A stretch of 61,161 bases of DNA, the filler included, from Piptocephalis cylindrospora (taxonomy: Eukaryota): the NCBI GenBank assembly GCA_003614145.1. It is 14 parts of 14 records of this genome, joined end to end, with 100 filler letters (N's around TTAATTAATTAA, not from the genome) between each part and the next. Parts side by side here need not be neighbours in the genome. Positions count along the whole stretch, not along the records: positions 35,163 to 39,436 come from KZ988546.1; positions 39,537 to 43,789 come from KZ988547.1; positions 43,890 to 48,136 come from KZ988549.1; 11 more parts are not named here. The stretch is one strand, 5' to 3'. The position numbers and the translations under genes are program-made. The notes under the pieces were generated by a model, which made no database searches, had not been told where the DNA came from, and worked only from the letters and a program-made list of their open reading frames with translations. Positions within the stretch are counted from its first letter, which is position 1. The number at the start of each line of letters is the position of its first letter. This document shows, piece after piece, positions 36,090-48,089 of the stretch.

Positions 36090-38619
36090 ATGCTGTATAG
36101 CAACTCAAATACCCTTTCCTTGCCAATGGATTCTACGCCTTTGGCTGTGGTGGACTCTGACAATGAAGTCTCTTTGATCCAGGCGCCCTTGGAATTGAAA
36201 CCCTTACCTATGGAGGCTCGTCTGAGTACGTGTGTGGATATGGGGAGGGGAATGAGCTAGATAGCGGGTTTGTGTCTGGGCCAATACTCCGTCCGCTTCC
36301 CTCCTCTCCTCGCCTCTTGCCGGCCTTATTTTTTTATACTCCTGCTCATTCTCTCCAATTTTCGCACAATCTTTAGACGTTGACTGGACTAGCAATGATG
36401 AGGACGGGAGGATGATGGCGCATCCCATTGTTTTGCAAGGTAAGAGGTGTTGGGGCTTTTTTTATTGGTGTATTTACCTCTCGGACCGTCTATTGATGAG
36501 TCATTTCCCTTTGCTCCCTATGGCTCTACTTGCTTTTCCTCGTTCCATCCAGAAGATTCAGATGCCAATGGCGCCATTGGGTCGATTGCTTCTTCATCGG
36601 ATACCAATGTCATCTTAGTCAGAAACCAACAATCAGCCAATTCCAAAACATCCTCATCCACTACAACCGTGACGACGACAAGGACCATCTCCACCACGAT
36701 GGTATCTGTCCCGCTCAAGAGACATTCGGATGGGGATGAGAAGGAGGATGGTTTCGAAAGAGGGTCGATCAAACCATTTACCCCAAGATACTGTAGTCCA
36801 GAGGATGCTGATGTTTTTCATGGAGGTCGATATGATTTGGTGGAAGTGGACGTTCCCGTCTTGCCCAGCGTCAGGTCAGTCTGGGATTTCACCGCTCAGT
36901 TCCCACGAGTGATCTCCCTGGTATGTCGAATGGGATGAACGGATGTTAATCCTATGAGGTACTGAAAAAGGGGGCATCTGCTAACTTTTTTTGTCCTTTC
37001 ATCTATTTAGAACAGTACCTGCCATCATGTCATTTGTTATCGGTGCCGAAAAATGCCGTATGGACGGGAACGTTGGAAATTTCATTCGAATGAGCACTGG
37101 TACTGCTCAACATGTAAACGTATGCCGGTGTGGCGTAAGGTTTGGCAATGTATCCTGAAAGAATGTATGCGGATGATTGACCCTCTTTTTATTATTTCTC
37201 CTGACACAGCGGTAGAAAGCCCACCAAGGAAGAAGGCAACCAGTTTGGCCGATGGTACGATTGTCATGCACATGGTAGTATGTTCACATAGTGTATTCCA
37301 CTTACTCTATTAAGCCCACTAGATCATGCTCCCAGTTCTGTTGAGCTCAGGGGATGCTGGTGTTGCCGCCAAACCCCTCTACGGGTTACCCAATGGCACT
37401 TTTTCCGAATGCAGAAAGTGTGGATTTGTCGGTACTGTCATTCAGGTAGGTGAGCAGAGTAAGTGGATGTACAGGCCGCCTCTCAATTGTCCTGTGCTTC
37501 TGGGGCTTCTTGGGATGAGTAGGTCAATCGCCCACCTGGAAGGCGTTGGTACGCTTTATGCTTGGGCCAAAATGTAAGCGTCGAGCCTTTGTTAGGATGA
37601 GCACTCTGTACGTAGAGGTAGATTGACTGATCCGAGACGTTTTCCTCTTTTCCTCTTGGCCTTCTTTTAGTGTATGAGAAGGCAATGGCGTACTTTACCG
37701 AGAATAATGGAGGTAAGCTAGATTGGATTGAGGAGGTCCAATGGAGCTTTGTCTTACCACTTTTCGATTGTTCTTCTATCAGAATACCGCATTTCCTTGT
37801 TCGAAGCTATGATCATCGATCTTCAGACGAGAGATGGGAGTAAGTGTGATCTAGGGTTCTGTGGGTTTGCATGACAAGCAATCGCCGTTCCAATGACGGA
37901 GTATGAATCCACTAACTCTTTATCATGGCTCTCTTGCTCAGGGCTCCTTCAGCCAGGATGGTACACTGTAGAGGTGATCAAGGCGATGCACCTTTTTCTG
38001 ACCCTCTCACACCCTCCCGCCCCGCCGGATGAAGCCATCTTTGGTATGATCTTCTCTTCAGCGGCTGTGAGTAGATTTAAGCAGCTATTCTCATCTCCTC
38101 TTTTCCCTTTTCTCACTCTTGACGGAGTCCATCAGAAGATGTCTGCGCCCGTTTACTCAAAGGGGGAGGTAGGTGTTTGATTCAGAGAAAGAGAGAAACA
38201 GAGAGCCAGATTTCGTTTGATCACTCACATCCCGCCTTCCCCCTTGTTGACCAGGTGTCCGGACGACCAAAAAGGGGGATAACATTCGATGCCATCGATG
38301 CTCCCGAAATGTTAGCTTGTGGTGGTTCAAGGGAAAGAAAGGCCGCCTTGTCTGCGGCGACTGTTGTAAGTATTATGAAGAGAGGGGCGGTCTTTTCCTT
38401 TCCCCCCTCGTCCTCTCTCTCTACCCTCCATTGACCCTCTTTTATGTACTATCCCATCAGATTCTAGCCATAAAATCCCAGCGTCGATTCAACAATAAAA
38501 AATATATTTACTATATGCTCCTTACCCTACCTGGTGTGCTATGTATCCTTGTGATGGGAAGAGGGTATATAAGGCCCATTTCTATAGTGCCAGTCATGGC
38601 ACTCAATGGATACTTTTAG
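36090..38619 (+). CDS. Uncharacterised many-exon gene with three CxxC pairs; boundaries approximate
   Basis: Chain of short exons between GT...AG introns; exons encode CYRC, CSTC and CRKC. Confidence 0.5.
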
Positions 38620-38642
38620 ACCTGGCCAAGGTACTAGGAATA

Positions 38643-39294
38643 CTAAATGGACACTTTTAAACCGATTCGAGCCACCAAGGCCTTGGCTTCCTCGGTCAGG
38701 GCATTGACTTGAACATCGGGGGACCGGTCAGGGTCCACTGTACCTTTGACTCCCATCCTGTCCTGGAAATGGCAACCAAAGAGAGCCTTGACATCCAGGG
38801 CTTGGATCTTCCGGATGAGCTGAGAAAGCTGAGATGCATGTTCGGGATCCGGGATGATAGTGTGATTGGATAGGGCATTGGCCGTGGACACAGTCTCTAA
38901 AGTCGCGAGGAGATGACCAAGGGATCGACCGATCGGGACGCCTTCCGCGTATCCAAGATCAAAGTTGCCCTGTATAACGCGCTGTTTCCCATCGTTCAGG
39001 CCCTCTCGGTATCCGTCCTGCAGCATATAGAAGGTCAGGGAATAGGGCTGATGTGGACTTTCCCCCTTCCAGAGCAATACGTACATTACCAAAATTGGTA
39101 TGGAGACGCTGCCATTCCTGCTCAGCTATGGCACGTTCAGAGGAAGAGTATGGCTTGGTAGCTGGGTCATGGTCGTTTTCCTCATCCGATACCATCCATA
39201 TCTCATCAGTCTCTTGCTCGTCGGATGACTGGGCAGGTGAGGTGAGGGGCGTGGTCTTGGACACTTCTTTCTTCTCTCTTATTTGGGCCTCCAT
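38643..39294 (-). CDS. YAE1: Yae1 family protein (Fe-S targeting adaptor for Rli1); intron 39084-39018
   Basis: EQEWQRLHTNFGN|DGYREGLNDGKQRVIQGNFDLGYAEG...G...G, the GX3 repeat motif. Confidence 0.88.
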
Positions 39295-39542
39295 GGTACC
39301 GTGTTGTTATGAAGAGGGTACGGAGGAGGAGTAGAGGGAGGGAGTAGGGCGGTTTAAGGTTTTAAAAGGAGAGTCAAGGTATGCCCTGTGCACCTAAGCT
39401 AGGAGTTACTCAAGAGACGTTTAGTCATCCATCTTCNNNNNNNNNNNNNNNNNNNNNNNNNNNNNNNNNNNNNNNNNNNNTTAATTAATTAANNNNNNNN
39501 NNNNNNNNNNNNNNNNNNNNNNNNNNNNNNNNNNNNCCCTAG

Positions 39543-39830
39543 GCGAAAAGGGCGTGTCAAATAAGAGTGGAAAGGCCCTATGCTACAAGGGAAGCATATT
39601 TCACCATATTACCAAGGGATTCATGCTCCAGGGCGGGGACATCACCCAAGGGGACGGAAGTGGGGGAGAGAGCATCTTTGGGGCTGATTTTGAGGACGAA
39701 TATTTAGGCCGACCCCTGGACCGATCTGGTCTAGTATGCATGGCCAATCGCGGGCCCAACACCAATGGGTCACAATTCTTTATTACAGCCCGGGAGGCCT
39801 CTCATCTCAATGGGAAGAACGTTGTGGTGG
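39543..39830 (+). CDS. Cyclophilin PPIase domain, internal fragment
   Basis: GEKG...LCYKGSIFH...[21 protein letters not shown]...[16 protein letters not shown]...LNGKNVV. Confidence 0.92.
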
Positions 39831-41118
39831 GGGATTGGGGTGATGATATTGCAACCATATCGCTTATGCCTTGAGCAACGGTATGTAACAGATCCGAAAG
39901 TACCTTCCGAAGCACCTTATCCACCGGAAGCCCTTGCTGTTCCATAGCCCACGTCCGTGTCCCGTACCACCCCAGAAGCCTGGGAAGCATTTCCCATATG
40001 CTGCTGAAGAGATGAAAGGAGGGACGTGATGCTTGCCGATATTCGTTGAGCTCTTGGGCGTAGGGCTCCTTCTCTATTTGTAGAATCGTAATTGCCTGCG
40101 CAAAGACGTGGGCATCCTTTTGTGTAACCTCGATTCCCACCTCATGTGCAAACTCTATAATCCGTGAAGACTTAGGGCCCAAGTCAAGACGAGCAGAGTA
40201 TTTGGTGAGTAGATTACTTTCAGTATTGCTCACCAGGTAGGAATACAAGGCTTGGTAAACGACGATCAGGGTGGAATGGTAATTGGCCAGGGGACCGATC
40301 TTATCGGAACTCCGCAACATAGACATAAAAGTCATGAAAAGGCGGATCCGATCGCTTAGACAGGCCATGGGAGATGAAGTAGCTTGAGATGGGTGGGGAC
40401 GACGAAATCGAAGGAGAATCTCCACCAAACATGACTTGATCCCATGGGACCGAGTAGTAGGGAACCGAGGAAGCGTTTTTGGATGATCGGGTCCACCGAC
40501 CACAGCAGACGTAAAAGCATCGTTAACAAGGCGGGCCATCCTTCCTTCCCAATCCTTTTTGTGGGAAGCTGGCTTTGAATAGTAAACCTTCTCTAAACTG
40601 ATATAGGTCGACTGTAGCTGCGATAGCCTGTCTTTATCTAATCTGTTGACCCCTTTTGGATAAAGGAGGGACTCGAGGTAGGCATGCAGCTGCTTTCCTA
40701 ACGACTTAAGGACGGTGATGATATTGGTGCTCTGATCAGAAACATGAGCCAAATGGTAAATGAATATGGGAAGTGAATTGGTTTCACTTAGCGCGTTTTG
40801 CGCACATATAAATGGGTTGAGCCCGCCGGTAAGCCGAGTAGAGCCCAGGGAATAGGTCAGGATGGCTGGGAGGGACTTTCCATAATGCATGAGCCAATTG
40901 AAAATGTAATAGGCTGAATTGGCTTTGGTATGAGCGCAAGCAGCGATAAAGCTCGTAAAATGTGGAGGCAAGGATGTTGGGTGGTTAATGAGAGAGGAAA
41001 TAGACATCATAGGGGACATCTTGGGTACCGACTTGACATTAGATCCGATCGGACCAGCATCAAGAAATGAGGGAAGGAGGGCTAAGGATACCCTGACCAG
41101 GAGAGATGTAGGCTTCAT
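39830..41118 (-). CDS. Uncharacterised secreted helical protein (>425 aa); true 3' end probably lost at a chimeric junction
   Basis: [22 protein letters not shown] signal-like start and a long intronless ORF. Confidence 0.65.
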
Positions 41119-41375
41119 AATGATAGCGGTTTCGTGAGGGTCATCAAGGGATGTAAAAGGAAAGAGAGAAGCCCAAGTCTGCCTCAAAATCCCCATTTTG
41201 AATACGCTACCTTTATATCCGACATACCTTGCAATAGAACACCTCACTCCAATACGCATGGTCTCCCTCCTGCAAGTCCCGTTGATCAAGCCCTCGTCGT
41301 GAATCGAATTCCTCAATCCCTCCTTTTTGTCTAAGTCTGGGCCCTGGTGTATTGATCTATTTTTCCTTTAACATC

Positions 41376-42919
41376 TCACCAGTCAGGAAGGGCCGATCCA
41401 CCGGCCTTCCATCCTTCACCCCGTGGCATTGTTCCTGATGTGATGATTGGTGAGGCTGGAGTGTCACTCCTATTTTGCACCTGCATTCCTCCACCATCCC
41501 TGGCATACAAGCGGTAAATGCTGATTATCTCCCCTTTGCCTCCCCAGACACGGGCGTTCTCCATGTTAGGCTGCTCCATTGATAGGCCCCTTGAACTGCT
41601 CAACATGGCCAGAATGGAGGTACCAGTCCAGCCGGTGCCTATTGAAGGGGGAGAAAAGGATGTGTTGCAATCTCTTGCTTCTAATGCCCTTCAAATACAG
41701 GGTAAAAAGGGTCAGGGAGAGATGATAAAGTGGTGGCATAGAGTCCATCCACTTTAGCCGAATCTCCACCCTGTATCAGCTTCGTCGATTCAGGAGACTT
41801 TTCCTGGATTTATCAAATCGAATAATGACAAGAGCCTGTAAGGCATCAGTCGGCAATCTCCGATTGGAATTATCCTGACGGGGTCAAGCACAATCATACT
41901 TGTCCCTAGAATGTTTTATTCAGGAAACAGCATACGTTCTTAAGGCGCCATGGTCCAGTACACGTTTTCCCCTTAAATCACATTCCGCAAAGCACTCGCT
42001 CACTCGAGAATAGATCATTCCAAAGAATTCTAGGTAGGATCTTGGACTGTACTATTCCTCTCTGTCGATCGTGGAGTCGGCATAAGACGACGGGAAATAG
42101 AGGGATGAATATCCCATGGATCTTTACATGCCCAGCTACTCAAGCATTGGTTAGGAAAGGTAATGAAAGGGCTTCCAAGCAGTCATTAATGAGCGAATTA
42201 TCACCACGCATACTCCAAGTGCAGGTTTCGTGCTATTATTAGTAACCTGAGGAGGTATTCCCAAAGGTAATCGAAGACGTAAGGGACATGTTGGGATGCA
42301 GGAATTTTCTAAGTCGTTTGGATGATACAATGACTAGTTCCCTGTTGAAGGGGTTTCAATGGCCGCGAAGACCAAGGCCCCCAGACCAATATATAGGCGC
42401 GAGACAACCGTAACGTCCTGATTCTAGATTTAATCATAGCGAGGGTAGTGATGCTCTATGAAGAGCTCTCCTTTCACCCAATCCACTTCTATACAGCAGC
42501 ATAGGGTTCTAATGGTTCTGGATTGGATTATGCTGAGGTGATGATTCGTAAGGAATGATCGATGAGAATGCCTTGGGGCCTGCCATGAAAAGGCGGAAGT
42601 TTGGTAGGAAACTGATGGGGGAGTGAGTTGAGGGTATTTTGGAGTACTTTACGATACCTGAAAAAGGCTCGCAACGGTGCATGACCTAGTTTCAGGAGAA
42701 ATTGTTCTGAGGCATCTGTGGCATGAGAGCAGGTGGAGATACACCTTGCGTAATGCATAGGAGGGAGGGCATCGTTAAGGAATATTATGATGGACGGGCT
42801 GGAGAGAGCAAGCAGTTCTTCCAGGGGGGCACACTTATACCAGATATGGCATACACTATGATACCGAGCTCAATGCCCATGAATGAGCGTGCAAAGATTG
42901 CATGGGTCCCAAATCTCAT
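41376..42919 (-). pseudogene. Possible decayed paralog of the adjacent secreted protein
   Basis: Signal-like MRFGTHAIFARSFMGIELGIIVYAISG, then frameshifted ALPPMHYARCISTCSHAT resembling [17 protein letters not shown]; fragmented ORFs follow. Confidence 0.35.
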
Positions 42920-43742
42920 CTACTGGCCTCCCTCTTTATGGGTCGATAAGGACAACAGTGGCCTTATATATGTACCTTTTGCTATGGATGGATTTGAGAA
43001 GAGGCCGCCTCAGAGAAACAAATGGCATTCAACCAGAATTAAGAGTATAGACCTATACAGGAGTGAACCTTTTCGCCCCTCAGGTACCATGGTAATGTTT
43101 AACTCTACTATTTTGATTGATGAAAAGGAGTGTGAAACGGCTGTAAGATAAATGGAGATCGAGCCATGTATCTCCTGGGATACTAGTCCAGTCCATTTTC
43201 CGACTTCTTATCATGAGAGGATGGTTAAGGGATACCTGGAGTACTTGTAGGGATAACGGCGAGCCATCTAATCTAAAGGAGAATAGGTCATCCTAGCATT
43301 GTCAAGGGAGATGACGTTCAATGCTTTGGGAATCCTAAGGGAAGGGACTAGTTGGACGTTTCAGTTCTTGGAGCATGTGTCATCCTATATAACTGTCCCA
43401 TTGTCCTTGGAACGTGATGATTATAGGTTGGACAATCTCTAGAATACGATTACTGAGCCCATTCAGTCAGTTGGGAGGGTTTAATTGATCCCTCGATGTC
43501 CAATCGTGGCCAAGGTGGATGGACTTTGAAGCCCAGGATCTAGGAGAGCCAAGTCTTGGCCACCTCCACCTTGTGAATATGTGCACGTTGGTCGATAAAA
43601 GGGTGCTTTGGATGGTGCTGTGGTGATACAGCGCTCTCGTGTGCATCCCTCTCTCCTTCCTTTATACCACTGATTTGGCTTAAAGCATTCCGACACCTAC
43701 ATCTTTCCGTTGAGCCCGTCACTAACACGCTATCTTACGCCC

Positions 43743-43789
43743 ATGGCACCCGAATTAAACCCACGGGTGTTTATGGATTTGTCCGTCGA
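43743..43789 (+). CDS. 5' end of a cyclophilin (MAPELNPRVFMDLSV)
   Basis: NPRVFxD first-strand motif at the contig end. Confidence 0.75.
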
Positions 43790-44295
43790 NNNNNNNNNNN
43801 NNNNNNNNNNNNNNNNNNNNNNNNNNNNNNNNNTTAATTAATTAANNNNNNNNNNNNNNNNNNNNNNNNNNNNNNNNNNNNNNNNNNNNAGGATAAGATT
43901 GTATTCTTCGAGACAACAGGTGTGAGAAGGTTAAAACACCTCCCGGGATCATTAAATCTGCGAAAAAAAAAAGAAAACCGAAGATGGTTTAGTTCAGGAT
44001 TTTTTTTTTCGAATGTGATTTTAAGTAGAATGAGAGTAAACTTGTTTGAATAAAGGGGTACCATCCTCTAAGGCTAAATAAAAAAAATGAAGTGATAGTG
44101 AAAATTAAGTACCGTGAGGGAAAATTTGAAATAGAAAGGTTTAAGCCATTTTGAAATAGATACGTAATTAGTAAGTTTATAAGCAGTTGAAGTTTTTATT
44201 AAAATAACAACGTACCTTTTGCATAATGGGTCAGCAAGTTGATTTTTTGGAGCAAGTCATTTTTGACCTAATGAAAATCTATTATTCGTTTAGAG

Positions 44296-44339
44296 GCAGG
44301 TGCAAAACACCTGACTCGACACGCATTGCGTGTCTTGTA
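44296..44339 (+). mobile_element. Double-hairpin element (DHE), copy A, inside rnl
   Basis: CAGGTG-CAAAA-CACCTG ACTC GACACGCA-T-TGCGTGTC TTGTA. Confidence 0.85.
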
Positions 44340-44910
44340 TTTCTCTAAACCTTTAGTTCCAAAAATCAGACCCGAAACCAAGTGATCTTACCATGGACAA
44401 GTTTTTGACTGAATGGGTGACTGTAGCAATAGTCTCCAATGATCTGTGGTAGGGAGTGAAATGCTAATCTAACTTGGACATAGCTGGTTTTCCGCGAAAA
44501 CTATTTTAGTAGCAACATTTTCTTTTATATGTGCCTTAAAAAAGGAAGAATTGTCACAGTACGAGATGACTTATAGTCAGCTCGTCTCGAAATTCTTTGG
44601 GAGTACAGCTCTTAATATGGTTATTTCAGTTTTATTGGGGGGCTTGCTAAGCTTTATCGATGGTAATTAATCTAGAAAAACCACCACATTTATAGAAAAG
44701 AGTCAGAAAATGGCTGATAAGGGCCATTGTCAAAAGGGAAACAGCCCTAAACCAATATTAAGGTCCCTAAATTATTACTAAGTGAAATAAAAAAAGTTCA
44801 AATTGACCAGCATCATTGATGCTGGTTTGAAATCTCAACCATAAAGTAGGCTTGGAAGCAGCCATCTTATAATGAAAGCGTAGTTGCTCAATGGTCTTTT
44901 TAAAATATAG

Positions 44911-44954
44911 GTAGGTGCATGCACCTAACTCGACACGCAATGCGTGTCTCGTTA
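44911..44954 (+). mobile_element. DHE copy B, inside rnl
   Basis: TAGGTGC-AT-GCACCTA ACTC GACACGCA-A-TGCGTGTC TCGTTA. Confidence 0.85.
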
Positions 44955-45360
44955 TATATATTTCAAAGTTTCGTTTGAACATTTAAAATGTATCGGGTCT
45001 AAGTAATATACCGAAATTTGGTCATAACATTGCCTTTCATGTTAAAAATTTAGGCACCATGACGTAGTTATGGTGCCTAAACGATATTGAATCTAATGTT
45101 ATGGGTAGCGGAACATTCAGTAAATGGTATTAATTTTACAATTTTTGTTTTTGAACATATCTGAAGAGATAATGCTGACATGAGTAACTTTAAAGAAATT
45201 AGAAAATTTCTCGCCGAAAATATAAGGGTTTTTAATTAAAAAAATAATTTAAAAAAAAGTCATTAACGGCCTCTAAGAATAAATGTAACTGCATTTTTTG
45301 ATGAGAATAACTTCTTTATCTATAAGAAAATTAAATTTTTTAAATCAAATATATTTGATT

Positions 45361-45410
45361 TACGAGACACACATTTTTTGTATGTATCGAGTCAGGTGCA
45401 AAGCACCTGC
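45361..45410 (-). mobile_element. DHE copy C, inverted, inside rnl
   Basis: TACGAGACAC...TCGAGTCAGGTGC-AAA-GCACCTGC, the reverse complement arrangement of A and B. Confidence 0.8.
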
Positions 45411-46945
45411 CTTTTAATTTATTTTTCCAGGAAAAAAGATAAAGGTTTCCAATGCAATTATGTTTGCATTGGTTACACTTCAACCGTACCCCAAATCAAC
45501 ACAGATATATAGGTAGGAAATACTAAGGCGCTTGAGAGAATCTTCTTGAAGGAACTCGGCAAAATCCCTCTGTAACTTCGGGAGAAGGAGGAAAAGGGCA
45601 TTGCCCTTTTGGCACTAAATAGTAGAGAGCGACTGTTTACTTAAAACATAGGACTTTGCTAAATTTTTATTATGTATTAAGTCTGACATCTGCCCGGTGC
45701 TAGCTAGCTAAAAGAAAAAACTATTTTGGTTTTTATGGAACCTCTAGTAAACGGCGGTTTTATTCCTGAGAATCCAAAGGTAGCGAAATGCCTTGTCCGC
45801 TAATTACGGTCTTGCATGAATGGTGTAACGACTCTCTAACTGTCTCCAAGAAGAACTCAGTGAAATTGAATTATCCGTGCAGATGCGGATTACCATTAGC
45901 TAGACGGGAAGACCCTTTGAAGCTTTACTGTAGGTAGATATTGTAGGCTAAAAATTAATATGTAGTTATAAGGGAGTCTATGAGACAATAATGAAAAACC
46001 TTTTATTATATTTTTAGTTTTACTGAATTCACCCTCTGTGGTGAATCTTTTTTGACTTTTTACAAGGGTTTTATGTTAAGGCATAAAACATTGTCTCTTA
46101 GAGAAAATGCCCTGTGCATTTTTTTAAGTCAAAATTTCAGATTACGAGGAAAACATCTTTTTTAAAAGGATGTCTTCCGAGTATCGTACAACCATTTTTT
46201 TGGGATATTGTTTATCAGGCAGTTTAACTGGGGCGGTTTTCTCCTAAAAAGTAACGGAGAAGTTCAAAGGTATATTAAAAATTGGTTGGTAACCAAATAA
46301 CTATCCTTTTTCGTAATGTTACAAATTTCACACACGTGTGATTTTTGATAAAGGAATGTTTAATAAGTATAATGACATAAATATGCTTTACTGTAAGACT
46401 TACAAGTCAAACAGTCACGCAAGTGGGACATAGTGATCCGGTGATTTCATAATGGAATGGTCATCGCTCAACGAATAAAAGCTACTCAAGGGATAACAGG
46501 CTAATGAGCCCATAGAGTACAAATCGACGGGCTCGTTTGGCACCTCGATGTCGACTCATCTTATCCCAGGATTGCAGCAGATCCTAAGGGTTCGGCTGTT
46601 CGCCGAGTAAAAAGGTACGTGAGTTGGGTTAAGTACGTCGTGAGACAGTACGGACCCTATCTACTAATGGAAAAGAATATTAAAAAGAACTTGCCCTACG
46701 TACGAGAGGATTAGGGCGAATGAACCAATGGTTTACCTGTTGTAATCAGATATATTTCTCTTGCATGGCAGGAAAGCTACGTTCAGAACGGATAACTACT
46801 GAAAGCATCTAAAGTAGAAAGCCTATCTTTTATTATTCTTATAAACAAGCAGTAGACTACTGCTTTAATAGGTTATAGGTGTACCAATAGTAATATTGAG
46901 CTATATAATACTAATTGTTAAGCATCTTATATTGATTTTTATCTT

Positions 46946-47160
46946 GCACTCAATAGAGTGTTCTCCCCGACGCACCTATAAAGGTGCTCGAGACCTTTAG
47001 GTCTCGAGAGGACTTACGTCCTCGAGATGGCTTATGCCATCATATATAATAAATATGTGGGATCATCCCGCTACGCGCGATGATCCTGTGTACTCGACTC
47101 GGGAAGCGGTACACACCCCCCAAAGGGGGATGTGGGACGCTTCCCTTATAAATTTAAAAT
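46946..47160. repeat. Array of abutting short hairpins downstream of rnl
   Basis: GCACTC/GAGTGT, GCACCT/AGGTGC, TCGAGACC/GGTCTCGA, GAGGAC/GTCCTC, GATGGC/GCCATC, each with a 4-nt loop, followed by larger stems. Confidence 0.85.
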
Positions 47161-47234
47161 TAACACTACATTAATGACGTAGAGCTTCATACTTTTGATC
47201 TGGAGCTAAGACTTTATTAGGTCACTTTAAAAAA

Positions 47235-47324
47235 CAGGTGTGAAGTGCTACACCAAAACACACTTAAAGTGTGTGACGATGTGGCGCTTTGCACCTAACT
47301 CGACACGCATTGCGTGTCTTGTTA
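47235..47324 (+). mobile_element. DHE copy D with an extended first hairpin
   Basis: CAGGTG...nested stem...GCACCTAACTCGACACGCATTGCGTGTCTTGTTA. Confidence 0.8.
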
Positions 47325-47409
47325 TTTTGGATTGAGATTGGGAAAAGGAATAATGCCTTGCTAGCCCCCTTGCGGGGCGATTAAAGCTTTATTCCGTAAA
47401 GCACAAAAG

Positions 47410-47456
47410 TACAAAGAACGCTAATTGCGTGCTGAGTCGAGTGCATTGCACTCGTC
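47410..47456 (-). mobile_element. DHE copy E, inverted and diverged
   Basis: TAC...ACGC-TAATT-GCGT GCT GAGTC GAGTGCA-T-TGCACTCG; same linker, compensated stem. Confidence 0.6.
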
Positions 47457-47686
47457 TTATATTTTAAACCCACCTTGTGGGTATTATCGATATTTGGACT
47501 ATGTAAATGGTTATTTGAGTATCACGCTAATCCCACACCCCCCAAAGGGGGGTGTGAATTGCGTAGAGCCTTAGACTGTAAGCCACACCAACTTTGTTGG
47601 TGGGGCCCCATGACTACGTCATGGCGCCTGGTGCTTTACATATAAATTTGTATAAAATAAAACATCATTAATAATTATTTTTATAT

Positions 47687-48089
47687 ATGTATTTAACAAT
47701 AATAATTCTTCCATTATTAAGTGCAATCATTAGTGGATTCTTTGGTAGAAAAACAGGTATTCAAGGTAGTCAGATTTTAAGTTGTACATTAATTACAATT
47801 ACAACTTTTTTAGCAACTATAGCTTTTTATGAAGTAGGTTTAAATGATTCACCAGTTTATTTAAATACAATTAATTGAATAGACATAGAAAGTCTTCAAA
47901 TATCATGAGGATTTTTATTAGATAGTTTAAGTGTTTCTATGTTATTACCAGTATTATTTGTATCTACAGCTGTTCATTTTTATTCTATAGGTTATATGGA
48001 TGGTGATCCACATATTCAAAGATTCTTTTCTTATTTATCATTATTTACTTTTTTTATGTTAATTTTAGTTTGTGCTGATAATTTTTTTA
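47687..48089 (+). CDS. nad5: Mitochondrial NADH dehydrogenase subunit 5, 5' part (UGA read as Trp)
   Basis: [22 protein letters not shown]...AFYEVG...N(TGA)ID...S(TGA)[15 protein letters not shown]...[33 protein letters not shown]. Confidence 0.96.

Larger units (their letters stand above)
43890..46920 (+). rRNA. rnl: Mitochondrial large-subunit rRNA (ends approximate)
   Basis: AT-rich; LSU motifs in order: GTACCGTGAGGGAAA, AGACCCGAAACC, GCTTGGAAGCAGCCA, GAAGGAACTCGGCAAA, CTGGGGCGG, GGGATAACAGGCTA, GGCACCTCGATGTCGACTC, GTACGAGAGGA. Confidence 0.96.

Noticed and set aside
47160..47686. Mitochondrial tRNA or RNase P RNA between rnl and nad5
   Set aside because: No cloverleaf or P4 consensus found; the stems are explained by hairpin repeats.
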